A stretch of 41,061 nucleotides of DNA from Candidatus Iainarchaeum sp. (GTDB taxonomy: Archaea > Iainarchaeota > Iainarchaeia > Iainarchaeales > Iainarchaeaceae): NCBI GenBank assembly GCA_038895675.1, contig JAWANB010000002.1, positions 1 through 41,061 of the forward strand. The letters are read 5' to 3'. The notes beneath the pieces are model-generated. The model had not been told where the DNA came from. It saw only the letters and a list, made by a program, of their open reading frames with translations, and did not search any database. Each line of letters starts with the position of its first letter. Within the stretch, counting starts at the first letter, position 1. The translations under genes and the position numbers were made by a program. Shown one piece after another: positions 9,282 to 16,790 of the stretch.

Positions 9282-9773
9282 ATGTTAATAGTATTGTGTG
9301 TTTTTATGAGGCGTTTTTTTTATTTGAGGATTGGTAGTAAAGATGTTCATTTGCCTAAGCTAATTGGTTCTTTTGCTTTGGTTTGGGCTGTTTTAATGTT
9401 TTTTCATGCTTCTTCTGTAATGTTTGATTCTTGGGATAATTTGAGGGCGTATATTGATTGTGAGAAGAATGTTGATTATACTACTGATGAAGGTAAATTG
9501 GAATTTTCTATTTGTGCTAATAACTTGTATAATTCTACCGGTGTTGTTGTAAGGCCTTCTAATAGGCAATTGACTATTAGGCAATTTTGGCAGGGTTTGT
9601 TAGTGCCAATTGCTAATTTGTTTTTTTGGTTGGCTGTAATTTTTGTTGCGTGGATGTTTTATCGTAGTGATTATTTGACTTTGCCTGTAGAGGAAGTTAG
9701 TAGGTCTAAAAAAGAGTCTTTTGAAAAGTCAGAGGCTGTTGTAAGGCCTTTTGCAAAGAGAAGAGCAAAGTAG
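9282..9773 (+). CDS. Hypothetical two-TM membrane protein
   Basis: 163 aa. Two hydrophobic segments (LIGSFALVWAVLMFF and LLVPIANLFFWLAVIFVAWMF) flank a Cys-containing loop. Confidence 0.45.
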   Translation: MLIVLCVFMRRFFYLRIGSKDVHLPKLIGSFALVWAVLMFFHASSVMFDSWDNLRAYIDCEKNVDYTTDEGKLEFSICANNLYNSTGVVVRPSNRQLTIRQFWQGLLVPIANLFFWLAVIFVAWMFYRSDYLTLPVEEVSRSKKESFEKSEAVVRPFAKRRAK

Positions 9774-9842
9774 TTTTTGTAGTTTTTTTACTATAGTTTA
9801 TTTGTTTGTTTTTAAGGCTTTTTCTTTGTTTAGTTCTGTTTT

Positions 9843-10136
9843 TCATTTGTTTAGTATTTCTATTGTTCCTGCTTTGCCTGTTGATAATTGTAATTGGCCT
9901 TTGTATTCGTTGCACCATCCGTTTGATATTTTTACTTTGTCTCCTTCGTTAACTAATTCACATTGTTCGTTCCAAAGGCTTATGGAGATCTCTGTTCCAT
10001 CTTCGTCTTTGCCTGCGCAGTTGCAAACTGTTCCTGAGCCTCTTTCGTTTACCCATTTTCTTATTTCTCCTTTTGATACTATTTCTAATACTATTTCAGG
10101 AACGCTTGACTTTGGCTTTAGTTCTGAAACTTTCAT
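9843..10136 (-). CDS. Single OB-fold ssDNA-binding (SSB-like) protein
   Basis: About 97 aa starting from MKVSELKP. It shows a single OB pattern (VPEIVLEIVSKGEIRKW ... ISISLWNEQCELVNEGDKVKISNGW ... YKGQLQLSTGKAGTIE). A TATA-like box lies 34 nt upstream. Confidence 0.55.
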   Translation of the reverse strand: MKVSELKPKSSVPEIVLEIVSKGEIRKWVNERGSGTVCNCAGKDEDGTEISISLWNEQCELVNEGDKVKISNGWCNEYKGQLQLSTGKAGTIEILNK

Positions 10137-10169
10137 AAAATCACTTTTAACAATCAAGCCTTACAAATG

Positions 10170-10177
10170 TTTATAAA
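10170..10177 (-). promoter_or_regulatory. TATA-box-like element (TTTATAAA) upstream of the OB-fold gene
   Basis: A palindromic TTTATAAA sits 34-41 nt upstream of the ATG at 10136. That spacing fits an archaeal TATA with a short 5' UTR. Confidence 0.35.
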
Positions 10178-10260
10178 TCATATTATTAGTTTGCGATTGG
10201 CACGCCATGTTTAAATTTTTACCTTTAGGAAATTCTATCAATGTTTTGTACTTTTTCAAA

Positions 10261-10333
10261 GGGCCGGTGGTCTAGTGGTTATGACACATCGTTTACACCG
10301 ATGAGGTCGCAGGTTCGATTCCTGCTCGGCCCA
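10261..10333 (+). tRNA. tRNA-Val (anticodon TAC)
   Basis: Hand-folded cloverleaf: acceptor GGGCCGG/TCGGCCC, anticodon stem CATCG/CGATG, loop TTTACAC, T arm GCAGG-TTCGATT-CCTGC. CCA is not encoded. Confidence 0.9.
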
Positions 10334-10370
10334 TCAATCAAAATAAAAAATCAAGCTCTCTAAAAAAATT

Positions 10371-12113
10371 ATGAAAGTCGCTTTAATTAGCTTAATATTT
10401 TTAGTTCTATTTTTTCAATTCACTATAATTTATAGTTTCGAACCCATAGATCCAAAAATAATAAATTATATGGATGCTGAATTGACTCAGAGTTTATTTG
10501 GTTCTTTTTATGGTACTATAAATAAAGGCGATAAGTTAGAAGTAAGTGTTTTGAGGCCTGTTAAGTCTGAAAGCTTGAGTTGGGAAATAATTGAAGAATA
10601 TTTGGAGATTCAAGGTAAAAGATTCTATCCAAAGGTTACTAATGTTGGGGATTTAGAATACTCTACTTTTGAGCTTTCTGATTTGTTTGAGTATGTTGAC
10701 GAGCCTAAATTCACGATTGTTAGAAAAATGCATGTTCAGAGTAAGTCAAGAGTCGGCATTGTTGGTGACTATAATTTGGTAAAGGAATTATCTGATTACA
10801 AAGATTATGTTCAAGCTTCAGAAAACATGGAGTCGAATGACTTTGAACTAAAGGCTTTTGCTTCTCAATTTAAGTCTATTTCTTTTTTAGAGACAATTTC
10901 TTTGACAAGCGAGTGGGTGCATAATAACATAGTTTACGATTTAGATAACTATTATAAAATAACTGCTACTGCCAAGGAGACTTTCAAGTCTAAGCGTGGT
11001 GTTTGTGATGAGTTTGCGAATTTAACTGGGGCTCTTTTGAGGGCAAACGGCGTTCCTGTAAGGTATGTCAGTGGAATAAGTTTTGACGGAGAAACATTTG
11101 GTAATCATGGTTGGATTGAAGCTTATTCTCCAAGCACTGGTTGGTTGCCTGTTGATTCTACTTTTGCAGAAGTAGGTTATGTTGATGCTGCGCATATCCC
11201 TTTTTCAAAGACAAAAGATATTAACGAGTCTGTTGATATTATAACAAAGACAAAAAGTATGAAGCCTATAGAAGTTGATGTGTTTTTTGGTGAGCCAAAA
11301 GTAGAAATTAAAAAAATTGGTTTATTCCAAAAAAATACTAGTACTGCTTTGTTAGTGCCTGAAAAAGCTTTGCCGAATAAACCAATTGTAATAAAAGTTC
11401 AGCTTCAAAATTTGACTGAAAATAGTTTGATTGTGCCTTTGAATGTTTTTGCTCATAAAGACTTTAAATCTTCAGAAAAAACAAAATTGTTTGTGTTGAA
11501 TGGAAAGGAGAGTGCTTTAAAAGTTTGGAATTTGATTACTCCAAATAAAGAAGTAGTTGATAAAGAATACACTTATGAAATACTTGCTATTTCTTTTGAC
11601 AGTAATGACAAGAAGCAGATAACGATATCTAACATTGGCGAAGCTGGAGTTGGCGAAGCTAAGGTTACTGAATTAGTACCTGAAGTAATAGATAGTAAAA
11701 TAATATTGAGTTTGAATTTTGAGAATTTTAGCGGCAGCGTTCAGAAGTTTAAGGTGAGTGCAATTCATGATAATCAAGTTGTTGTTGAGAAAGAGTTTGA
11801 AGTAAAAGATATTTTGGCAAAAGAGAAATTGGAAGTTCCTTTGGTTGTAGGTGTTTTAATAGTAAAGGTTTTTGGTGTTAAGGATCAGGAGTTTCATTTG
11901 GAGTTCGTGGATAAAAAGCACGAAATGCAAAAAGAAGTTAAAAGGAGCGAGTCAGAACCTATTAATTCTCAAGTTTCTTTGGCAGAAAACAAGTCTAACG
12001 ATCCTGTGTTGGATTTTTTCCAATCTTTTAATTGGGTTGGTTTTGCACAAATAGCATTATTAGTGTTAATAGTAATATTTTCTTTGGGTCTTGTTCTCAC
12101 AAAGAGAATTTAA
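10371..12113 (+). CDS. Surface-anchored transglutaminase-like (cysteine protease fold) protein
   Basis: N-terminal signal/TM segment. Transglutaminase core with a Cys-His-Asp arrangement (KRGVCDEFANLTGALLRANGVPVRYVSG ... NHGWIEAY ... WLPVDSTF). Beta-rich C-terminal half and a C-terminal TM anchor (IALLVLIVIFSLGLVL). Confidence 0.8.
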   Translation: MKVALISLIFLVLFFQFTIIYSFEPIDPKIINYMDAELTQSLFGSFYGTINKGDKLEVSVLRPVKSESLSWEIIEEYLEIQGKRFYPKVTNVGDLEYSTFELSDLFEYVDEPKFTIVRKMHVQSKSRVGIVGDYNLVKELSDYKDYVQASENMESNDFELKAFASQFKSISFLETISLTSEWVHNNIVYDLDNYYKITATAKETFKSKRGVCDEFANLTGALLRANGVPVRYVSGISFDGETFGNHGWIEAYSPSTGWLPVDSTFAEVGYVDAAHIPFSKTKDINESVDIITKTKSMKPIEVDVFFGEPKVEIKKIGLFQKNTSTALLVPEKALPNKPIVIKVQLQNLTENSLIVPLNVFAHKDFKSSEKTKLFVLNGKESALKVWNLITPNKEVVDKEYTYEILAISFDSNDKKQITISNIGEAGVGEAKVTELVPEVIDSKIILSLNFENFSGSVQKFKVSAIHDNQVVVEKEFEVKDILAKEKLEVPLVVGVLIVKVFGVKDQEFHLEFVDKKHEMQKEVKRSESEPINSQVSLAENKSNDPVLDFFQSFNWVGFAQIALLVLIVIFSLGLVLTKRI

Positions 12114-12139
12114 AACCATCTCAAAAATACTTTTAATCA

Positions 12140-12211
12140 GCGACCGTAGTCTAGTGGTTAGGATTCGACCTTGCCAAGGTCGAGGCCCGGGTTCAATCCC
12201 CGGCGGTCGCA
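12140..12211 (+). tRNA. tRNA-Gly (anticodon GCC)
   Basis: Acceptor GCGACCG/CGGTCGC, anticodon stem CGACC/GGTCG, loop TTGCCAA, 4-nt variable loop, T arm CCGGG-TTCAATC-CCCGG. Confidence 0.9.
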
Positions 12212-12828
12212 ATTCTTTTTAGTAAGTCTGTTTGTTCTAATTTTTTTATGACTTTTTCTTTTACGTCGTTTTTTTCTTTTGAAGCATCTATTACTTGTAT
12301 GTTTTCTTTAGGTAAAAGAGTTTTTAGTTCAAGAAATTTTTCTCGTGCTTTTTCAAGAAAGTTTTTTGTTTCAAAAAATTCTTTTTTTGTTCTTTTTTTT
12401 ATTCTGCTTAGGGCTATTTCAACTGGCAAATCTAAAATAAATACTATGTTTGGCAAAGGCATGTCTCTGTGAATTGCAATAATTTTTTCAAAATCTATTC
12501 CTTGTAGGCTTTGGTATACTAATGTGCTATACTTGAAGCGATCGCATATAATCAATTTTCCTTTTTCAAGAGATGGAATAATTTTGTTTTTCAAATGTTC
12601 TTTTCTGTCTTTGATGTATAATTCATATAGTTCGTTAGTGTTGGTTTTTGTTTGGTCGGCTAAAATTTTTCTTATTTTTTTTCCGTAGTTGCTTTTTGTT
12701 GGTTCTGCTGTTAGCACAATTTTTTTTTGCGGTATGCCGTTTTTTAATGCCCATTCTTTAATTTCGTGTGCTAATGTTCCTTTTCCTGATCCGTCTATGC
12801 CTTCAATAACTATCCAAAAACCTTTCAT
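12193..12828 (-). CDS. tmk: Thymidylate kinase
   Basis: P-loop IEGIDGSGKGT and a DRF/Y block (ICDRFKYSTLVYQ). The last 19 nt overlap the 3' end of tRNA-Gly(GCC) on the opposite strand. Confidence 0.85.
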   Translation of the reverse strand: MKGFWIVIEGIDGSGKGTLAHEIKEWALKNGIPQKKIVLTAEPTKSNYGKKIRKILADQTKTNTNELYELYIKDRKEHLKNKIIPSLEKGKLIICDRFKYSTLVYQSLQGIDFEKIIAIHRDMPLPNIVFILDLPVEIALSRIKKRTKKEFFETKNFLEKAREKFLELKTLLPKENIQVIDASKEKNDVKEKVIKKLEQTDLLKRIATAGD

Positions 12829-12939
12829 ATTGAAGTTTAGAAAGAAAAATTAGTTAAATTAGTGTATTTTTATTTATTGGGTTTTAAACAGGTTAGTGTT
12901 TTTCTGTTGTTTCTTTAGGTTTTTTTTGTAATTAGGAAT

Positions 12940-13389
12940 TTACGCTTGTTCTTTTGCTTTTTTTTCTATTATTGCTCTTTTTCCTGCTTCTAAAATGTTT
13001 TCTAATTGATTTATTCGTTGTATTGTTTTTGCTTGTTCTTCCAAACTTTTTTTTAGTGCTTTATCTATGTTTTCCATTCTTTTTTCTAATATTTTTGTCA
13101 TTTCTGTTATTTTCTTTTCTTTGAATACATTGTCTGCTATTGTCGTTATTATGTCTGTGTTGTTTTCTATTGCGGTTTCAGTATAAACCCCAGAACCTAA
13201 ATAAACAAGCATTTTTGTGCCTTTCTTGTTTTTTGAAATTTCTTGAATACTTTGTGTTGTGCCTGTTAATTCATTTTTCATGTTTGTCAAGGCGTTGAGT
13301 CTTGTGTTTATTTCTTCTAATTTTTGTCTTTCTTGGTTTATTAGTTGGATTATTTGGTTTCCTGTAAGTGTTATTTTTTTTTCTTCCAT
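12940..13389 (-). CDS. pfdA: Prefoldin alpha subunit
   Basis: 149 aa with coiled coil, beta-hairpin region (MLVYLGSGVYTETAI) and coiled coil. It occupies the conserved position after rplX/eif6. Confidence 0.75.
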   Translation of the reverse strand: MEEKKITLTGNQIIQLINQERQKLEEINTRLNALTNMKNELTGTTQSIQEISKNKKGTKMLVYLGSGVYTETAIENNTDIITTIADNVFKEKKITEMTKILEKRMENIDKALKKSLEEQAKTIQRINQLENILEAGKRAIIEKKAKEQA

Positions 13390-13392
13390 TTT

Positions 13393-13593
13393 TTAGTCCT
13401 CCAGTTTTTGTATTGTTTCGATTTTTATGTGGTTTCTTTGCACTTTGTGTCTTGACCCTATGTTTGCAAGGGCTTTTTCTTTTGCATTTTTTTCGTTGTT
13501 TGCTATTACTTGTGTATTGAAGGATATTTCTTGTTCTTTTTTCTTTTTGTATCTTCCTTTTATTTGGTATTTGAAGTTTTGCATTTTGGTCAC
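13393..13593 (-). CDS. rplX: 50S ribosomal protein LX (L18Ae/L20A family)
   Basis: 66 aa. The pattern F.Y.IKGRY ... F...V.A..EKNAKEKALANIGSRHKVQRNHIKIE matches the LX family, and the gene is in the conserved position next to eif6. Confidence 0.7.
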   Translation of the reverse strand: MTKMQNFKYQIKGRYKKKKEQEISFNTQVIANNEKNAKEKALANIGSRHKVQRNHIKIETIQKLED

Positions 13594-14267
13594 CTTAGCG
13601 CCTCGTCTATTTTTGACATTTCTATTCCTGATGTGTTTTTTCCAACTATTATTCCTTTCGTGTTTGCTATTGCGGTGTTTCCTACAAACAAGTCTCCGAA
13701 ATTTGTTGTTGTTGGTATTCCTTTTACTCCAAAAATTTTTTCTATTTTTTTGAATTCTTGTTCTGTTATATTTGGATGACAGATAAAGCCTTTATTAGTT
13801 ACTACTATGGCGCTTCCTACTAGTTCAGTACATGTAAAGCGCATTTCCGTTATTTCGATTTCTAAGAATTCACTTATTTTTTTCATGTTTTTTTTCCCTA
13901 TGTTTGGGCTAGCAATTCCTGCTTTTGAGTTCCAATTTACTAAGTTTCCTAACGCTGTGAATCCTTTTGCGTCTATTTCCAAAACTTTTATTCCTTCGTT
14001 TTTTAGTTTTTTTAGTTCGTGTTTTTCTATTAAACTTGAAACTACTATTTTTTTTCCAAGCCCTTTTGCTAGTATTCCTATTAATGGTGAGTTTCCTATT
14101 GTTGTTTTTATTGTTTTTGTTTGTAGTGTCTTTTGTATTTCTTTTTCTTCTTTTTCAGTTGTGCCTGGCGGTATTAATGTGTATTCTTCTGTTGTAGTGC
14201 TGAATACTCCTATGTAAGGGCTATTTCTTATTGTCCCTTTCAAGAATTCCATTTTTGTCCCTTTCAT
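13590..14267 (-). CDS. eif6: Translation initiation factor 6 (aIF6)
   Basis: 225 aa with pentameric repeats, GNSPYIGVF/GNSPLIGIL-type blocks and a family-typical length. The start could be 14267 or 14252. Confidence 0.9.
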   Translation of the reverse strand: MKGTKMEFLKGTIRNSPYIGVFSTTTEEYTLIPPGTTEKEEKEIQKTLQTKTIKTTIGNSPLIGILAKGLGKKIVVSSLIEKHELKKLKNEGIKVLEIDAKGFTALGNLVNWNSKAGIASPNIGKKNMKKISEFLEIEITEMRFTCTELVGSAIVVTNKGFICHPNITEQEFKKIEKIFGVKGIPTTTNFGDLFVGNTAIANTKGIIVGKNTSGIEMSKIDEALR

Positions 14268-14704
14268 TTTATTTTTCTTTTCTTTTCTATTGCTTCTGCC
14301 GTTTTTTCAATTTCTCTTTTTTCTTCTAATTTTTGTTTTTCTTCTTTTTCAGTATTTTCTGTTTTGGTTGTTGTTTTTTCTTCTTGTTTTTGTTCTTTTT
14401 CTTTTGTTTTTTGTTCGTTTTTTTCTTTGTTTTTTAAATAGTTTTCAAGTTCTTTTCCTTTTGCCAAGAAAATTCTTGCTGTTTCTCCTTCTTTTAGTAT
14501 TTTTACTTTTATTTTTCTCGGTATATTGAGTGAGTTTTTATTTATTTCTTGATTTACTTCGTTTGTTATTTTAATTTGTTTGGCTCTCGTGTGTTTTTTT
14601 ACGAAGTCTTTTATTACTTTGTTTGCTTTTGTTTGTCTTTTCTTTTGTTGGTATAAAAATGCCTTTGCTAAGTTTATAGTGTATTCTGCAATTTCACCTT
14701 TCAT
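14264..14704 (-). CDS. rpl31e: 50S ribosomal protein L31e with a K/E-rich C-terminal extension
   Basis: The L31e core spans EYTINLAKAF...KANKVIKDFVKKHT...ITNEVNQEI...IPRKIKVKI. It is followed by about 60 aa of low-complexity K/E/T sequence. Confidence 0.8.
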   Translation of the reverse strand: MKGEIAEYTINLAKAFLYQQKKRQTKANKVIKDFVKKHTRAKQIKITNEVNQEINKNSLNIPRKIKVKILKEGETARIFLAKGKELENYLKNKEKNEQKTKEKEQKQEEKTTTKTENTEKEEKQKLEEKREIEKTAEAIEKKRKIK

Positions 14705-14967
14705 TTAGCATCCCTCGTTGTTCTGGTTTTTTTTGGCAATAGTCTTGCACTTTTCTTTTTGTGTCCGCTTTTTATTTTTGTTTTTTTAGTTTTTTTTCTG
14801 TATACTTTTCCGAAAGAAGTTTCTCTCCAGTGTCTTCTTGCATATTTATTGTAAATTCTTTCTCCTTTTTTTTGCATTATCCATACTGGGGCTGCTGTTA
14901 GGCTGGCTCCTGTTTTTTTTCTTTGTGTTATTAAAAACTCTTTTTCTTTTTTTGTTTTTCTTCCCAT
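14701..14967 (-). CDS. rpl39e: 50S ribosomal protein L39e with a basic C-terminal extension
   Basis: MGRKTKKEK ... PVWIMQKKGERIYNKYARRHWRET matches the L39e core (about 50 aa). About 35 extra basic residues follow. An alternative GTG start lies at 14976. Confidence 0.8.
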   Translation of the reverse strand: MGRKTKKEKEFLITQRKKTGASLTAAPVWIMQKKGERIYNKYARRHWRETSFGKVYRKKTKKTKIKSGHKKKSARLLPKKTRTTRDAK

Positions 14968-14972
14968 TTTGA

Positions 14973-15290
14973 TCACTTTCTTTTTATAGTAATTTCTTTT
15001 GTTGGTTTGAGTTTCATTAATATTTCTTTTGTTTGTTCGTCGTTGAGTTTGTTTCTTATGTATCCTCTTTGTGCCATTTGGATTATTGCATTGAATGCTT
15101 TGAAATATAGTTCTTTATTCACTAATTTTACGTTTGCTAGTCTTTCTATGGCTTTTTCATCTACGTATCTTTTTAGTATTATCATTGATTGTAGTTCTGC
15201 CTCTATTTCTTTTTGTCTTTCTTCTTGTTCTTTCAAGTATGCTTGTTTTAGTTCTTCTAATTTTTTTTGTTTTAATTCTTCTTCATTCAT
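14973..15290 (-). CDS. PDCD5/TFAR19-family DNA-binding protein
   Basis: 105 aa with an acidic/basic N-terminal helix, then ILKRYVDEKAIERLANVKLVN ... AFNAIIQMAQRGYI...LNDEQTKEIL. It holds the conserved position between rps19e and rpl39e. Confidence 0.75.
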   Translation of the reverse strand: MNEEELKQKKLEELKQAYLKEQEERQKEIEAELQSMIILKRYVDEKAIERLANVKLVNKELYFKAFNAIIQMAQRGYIRNKLNDEQTKEILMKLKPTKEITIKRK

Positions 15291-15714
15291 TTTTTTCCTC
15301 TTTGTTTAGTGTTTTTTCTATTTCTTTTGCTTTAGTATAAAGTAGTTTTTCTCCTTGTGGTGTTATTGTTCTGCCTTTCTTGTCTTTTTTTACGAGTTTT
15401 TCTTTTTCTAGTGTTTGTAGGCAGACTCTAATTATTTTTCCACTTGCTTTTTTTTTGTGCTCTGGTTTTACCCCTCTGTTTTGTCTTCCGCCGTAATATG
15501 CTCTCAGGGCTCCTGTTCCTAATGCTCCTTCTTTGTAAATTCTGTATAGTATGCTTGCCATTCTTAGGTAGAACCAGTCTGGGTTGTTTGGTGCTCTTTG
15601 TCTGTTTTGGCCTGTTTTAACATACTTTGTGAATTCTGGTTTTTTTATTTTTGTTTTGAATTCTTCTGCTACTTTTTTTAGTAATTCGTCTATTGGTACG
15701 TCGTATATTCCCAT
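15283..15714 (-). CDS. rps19e: 30S ribosomal protein S19e
   Basis: VPIDELLKKVAEEFK ... PDWFYLRMASILYRIYKEG.LGTGALRAYYGGRQNRG ... IIRVCLQTLEK. The ATG at 15714 is preceded by GGGTG; the track ORF extends to 15759. Confidence 0.9.
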   Translation of the reverse strand: MGIYDVPIDELLKKVAEEFKTKIKKPEFTKYVKTGQNRQRAPNNPDWFYLRMASILYRIYKEGALGTGALRAYYGGRQNRGVKPEHKKKASGKIIRVCLQTLEKEKLVKKDKKGRTITPQGEKLLYTKAKEIEKTLNKEEKNE

Positions 15715-16079
15715 TTGTACACCCTTTTGCCTGTTTGTTTTAATCCCCTTTCGGGGCAAACTGGCTTTGTTTTATTCCGTCTTTTTACGGAAAAACTTCC
15801 AATTCTTTTTAAAATTAGAAGCTTATTTAGTTGTGCTTTAATAATGTTTAAAAACGTGTTGCTTGACTTTTTCGGCTTGTGTTTTTCTTACTTGCTTTTT
15901 GTTAAGTCGTTCTTGTTTAATTGTTTTTGTCGTTGATTTTGTTAGGTAGTTTGTTTGCGTGTTAAATTTTTTATTTTTGCAAACCTCGGTCTTTATGAAA
16001 CCTTGTTTTTTTTTTGAAATCGTTTATTTTGGCGATTAAAGGCAAATTTTTAAATGAATTGTTGATTAGTGGTTTTTAG

Positions 16080-16115
16080 GTCTAGACGATTATGAAAATT
16101 TCTACTATTGTAGAT
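16080..16115 (+). CRISPR. Solitary, intact Cas12a-type (type V-A) CRISPR repeat (R1)
   Basis: The sequence is GTCTAGACGATTATGAAAATTTCTACTATTGTAGAT. Its 3' 19 nt (AATTTCTACTATTGTAGAT) match the conserved Cas12a crRNA handle, with a perfect TCTAC/GTAGA stem. An AT-rich, leader-like sequence precedes it, and no repeat follows within spacer distance. Confidence 0.8.
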
Positions 16116-16145
16116 GAAAAATGTTATTGTTGTGTGGCTCAGTTA

Positions 16146-16790
16146 TTACTGGCTCAATCTTGATTTTTTTATTTGTTCTAGTAATTGTTTTTTCTTTTTT
16201 AAAAAGTCCCTATAATTTATTCCTAAATATTTTTCAGAATCATTTACATTAAATTTTCTTATAGTATCTGTAAGTTCTTTTCCAAATTCTTCTTTTTTGA
16301 AAGTTTTTAATAATTGGAAATATTTTTTGAAATTAATAGGCGCATAAATTAGTAATGTTAATAAGTCAATTAGGTCTTTCTGGCCTTTGGTCGTATTTTG
16401 TCTTTCAATTTCTGCTCCTTGTTTAAGTATCAAAAGAGCTTCGCACGAGACTGTTTTTATTCCTTCAATTAATACTTTTTCTTTAAGTAAATACTCAATC
16501 GGAATAGCAAGTTTTGAGTAAAAAGGAACGTAAACGTCAATGTCAAAGCCTTCTAATTTTACTTCGTATTTCTTTAGCCTATCATTTTTTTCTAAATAAT
16601 ATTTTTCTTTTAGTTTTGCGAGTTCTTCAAAATCAACTATTATATCAATGTCTTTGCTTTTATGTTGTTTTGTCCAGAGCCAGACTGCCCAACCGCCAAT
16701 TACAATTACTTGAATTTCTTTTGCCAATTCTTGGAGTTTTTTCCAACTTTCCTCAGTAAGGCTTTCATGCCAAAACTCTTCCTTTCTCAT
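16146..16790 (-). CDS. AbiEii-like nucleotidyltransferase (putative type IV TA toxin)
   Basis: Pol-beta-type NTase motif VIGGWAVWLWTKQHKSKDIDIIV (GG.A...S.DID) followed by FDIDVYVP, with an alpha-helical C-terminal half. The start at 16790 (MRKEEF) overlaps the upstream gene stop as ATGA; the track ORF extends to 16859. Confidence 0.5.
   Translation of the reverse strand: MRKEEFWHESLTEESWKKLQELAKEIQVIVIGGWAVWLWTKQHKSKDIDIIVDFEELAKLKEKYYLEKNDRLKKYEVKLEGFDIDVYVPFYSKLAIPIEYLLKEKVLIEGIKTVSCEALLILKQGAEIERQNTTKGQKDLIDLLTLLIYAPINFKKYFQLLKTFKKEEFGKELTDTIRKFNVNDSEKYLGINYRDFLKKKKQLLEQIKKSRLSQ

Noticed and set aside
15760-16079. A search for the missing zinc-ribbon half of Rpp21 immediately left of repeat R1, which is where it should be if the island were a simple insertion.
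   Set aside because: All three minus-strand frames were translated by hand. There was no CxxC and no Rpp21-like LIPG/VR motif, only short K-rich frames. The C-terminal half is not there, so the event was not a clean insertion, or sequence has since been lost.
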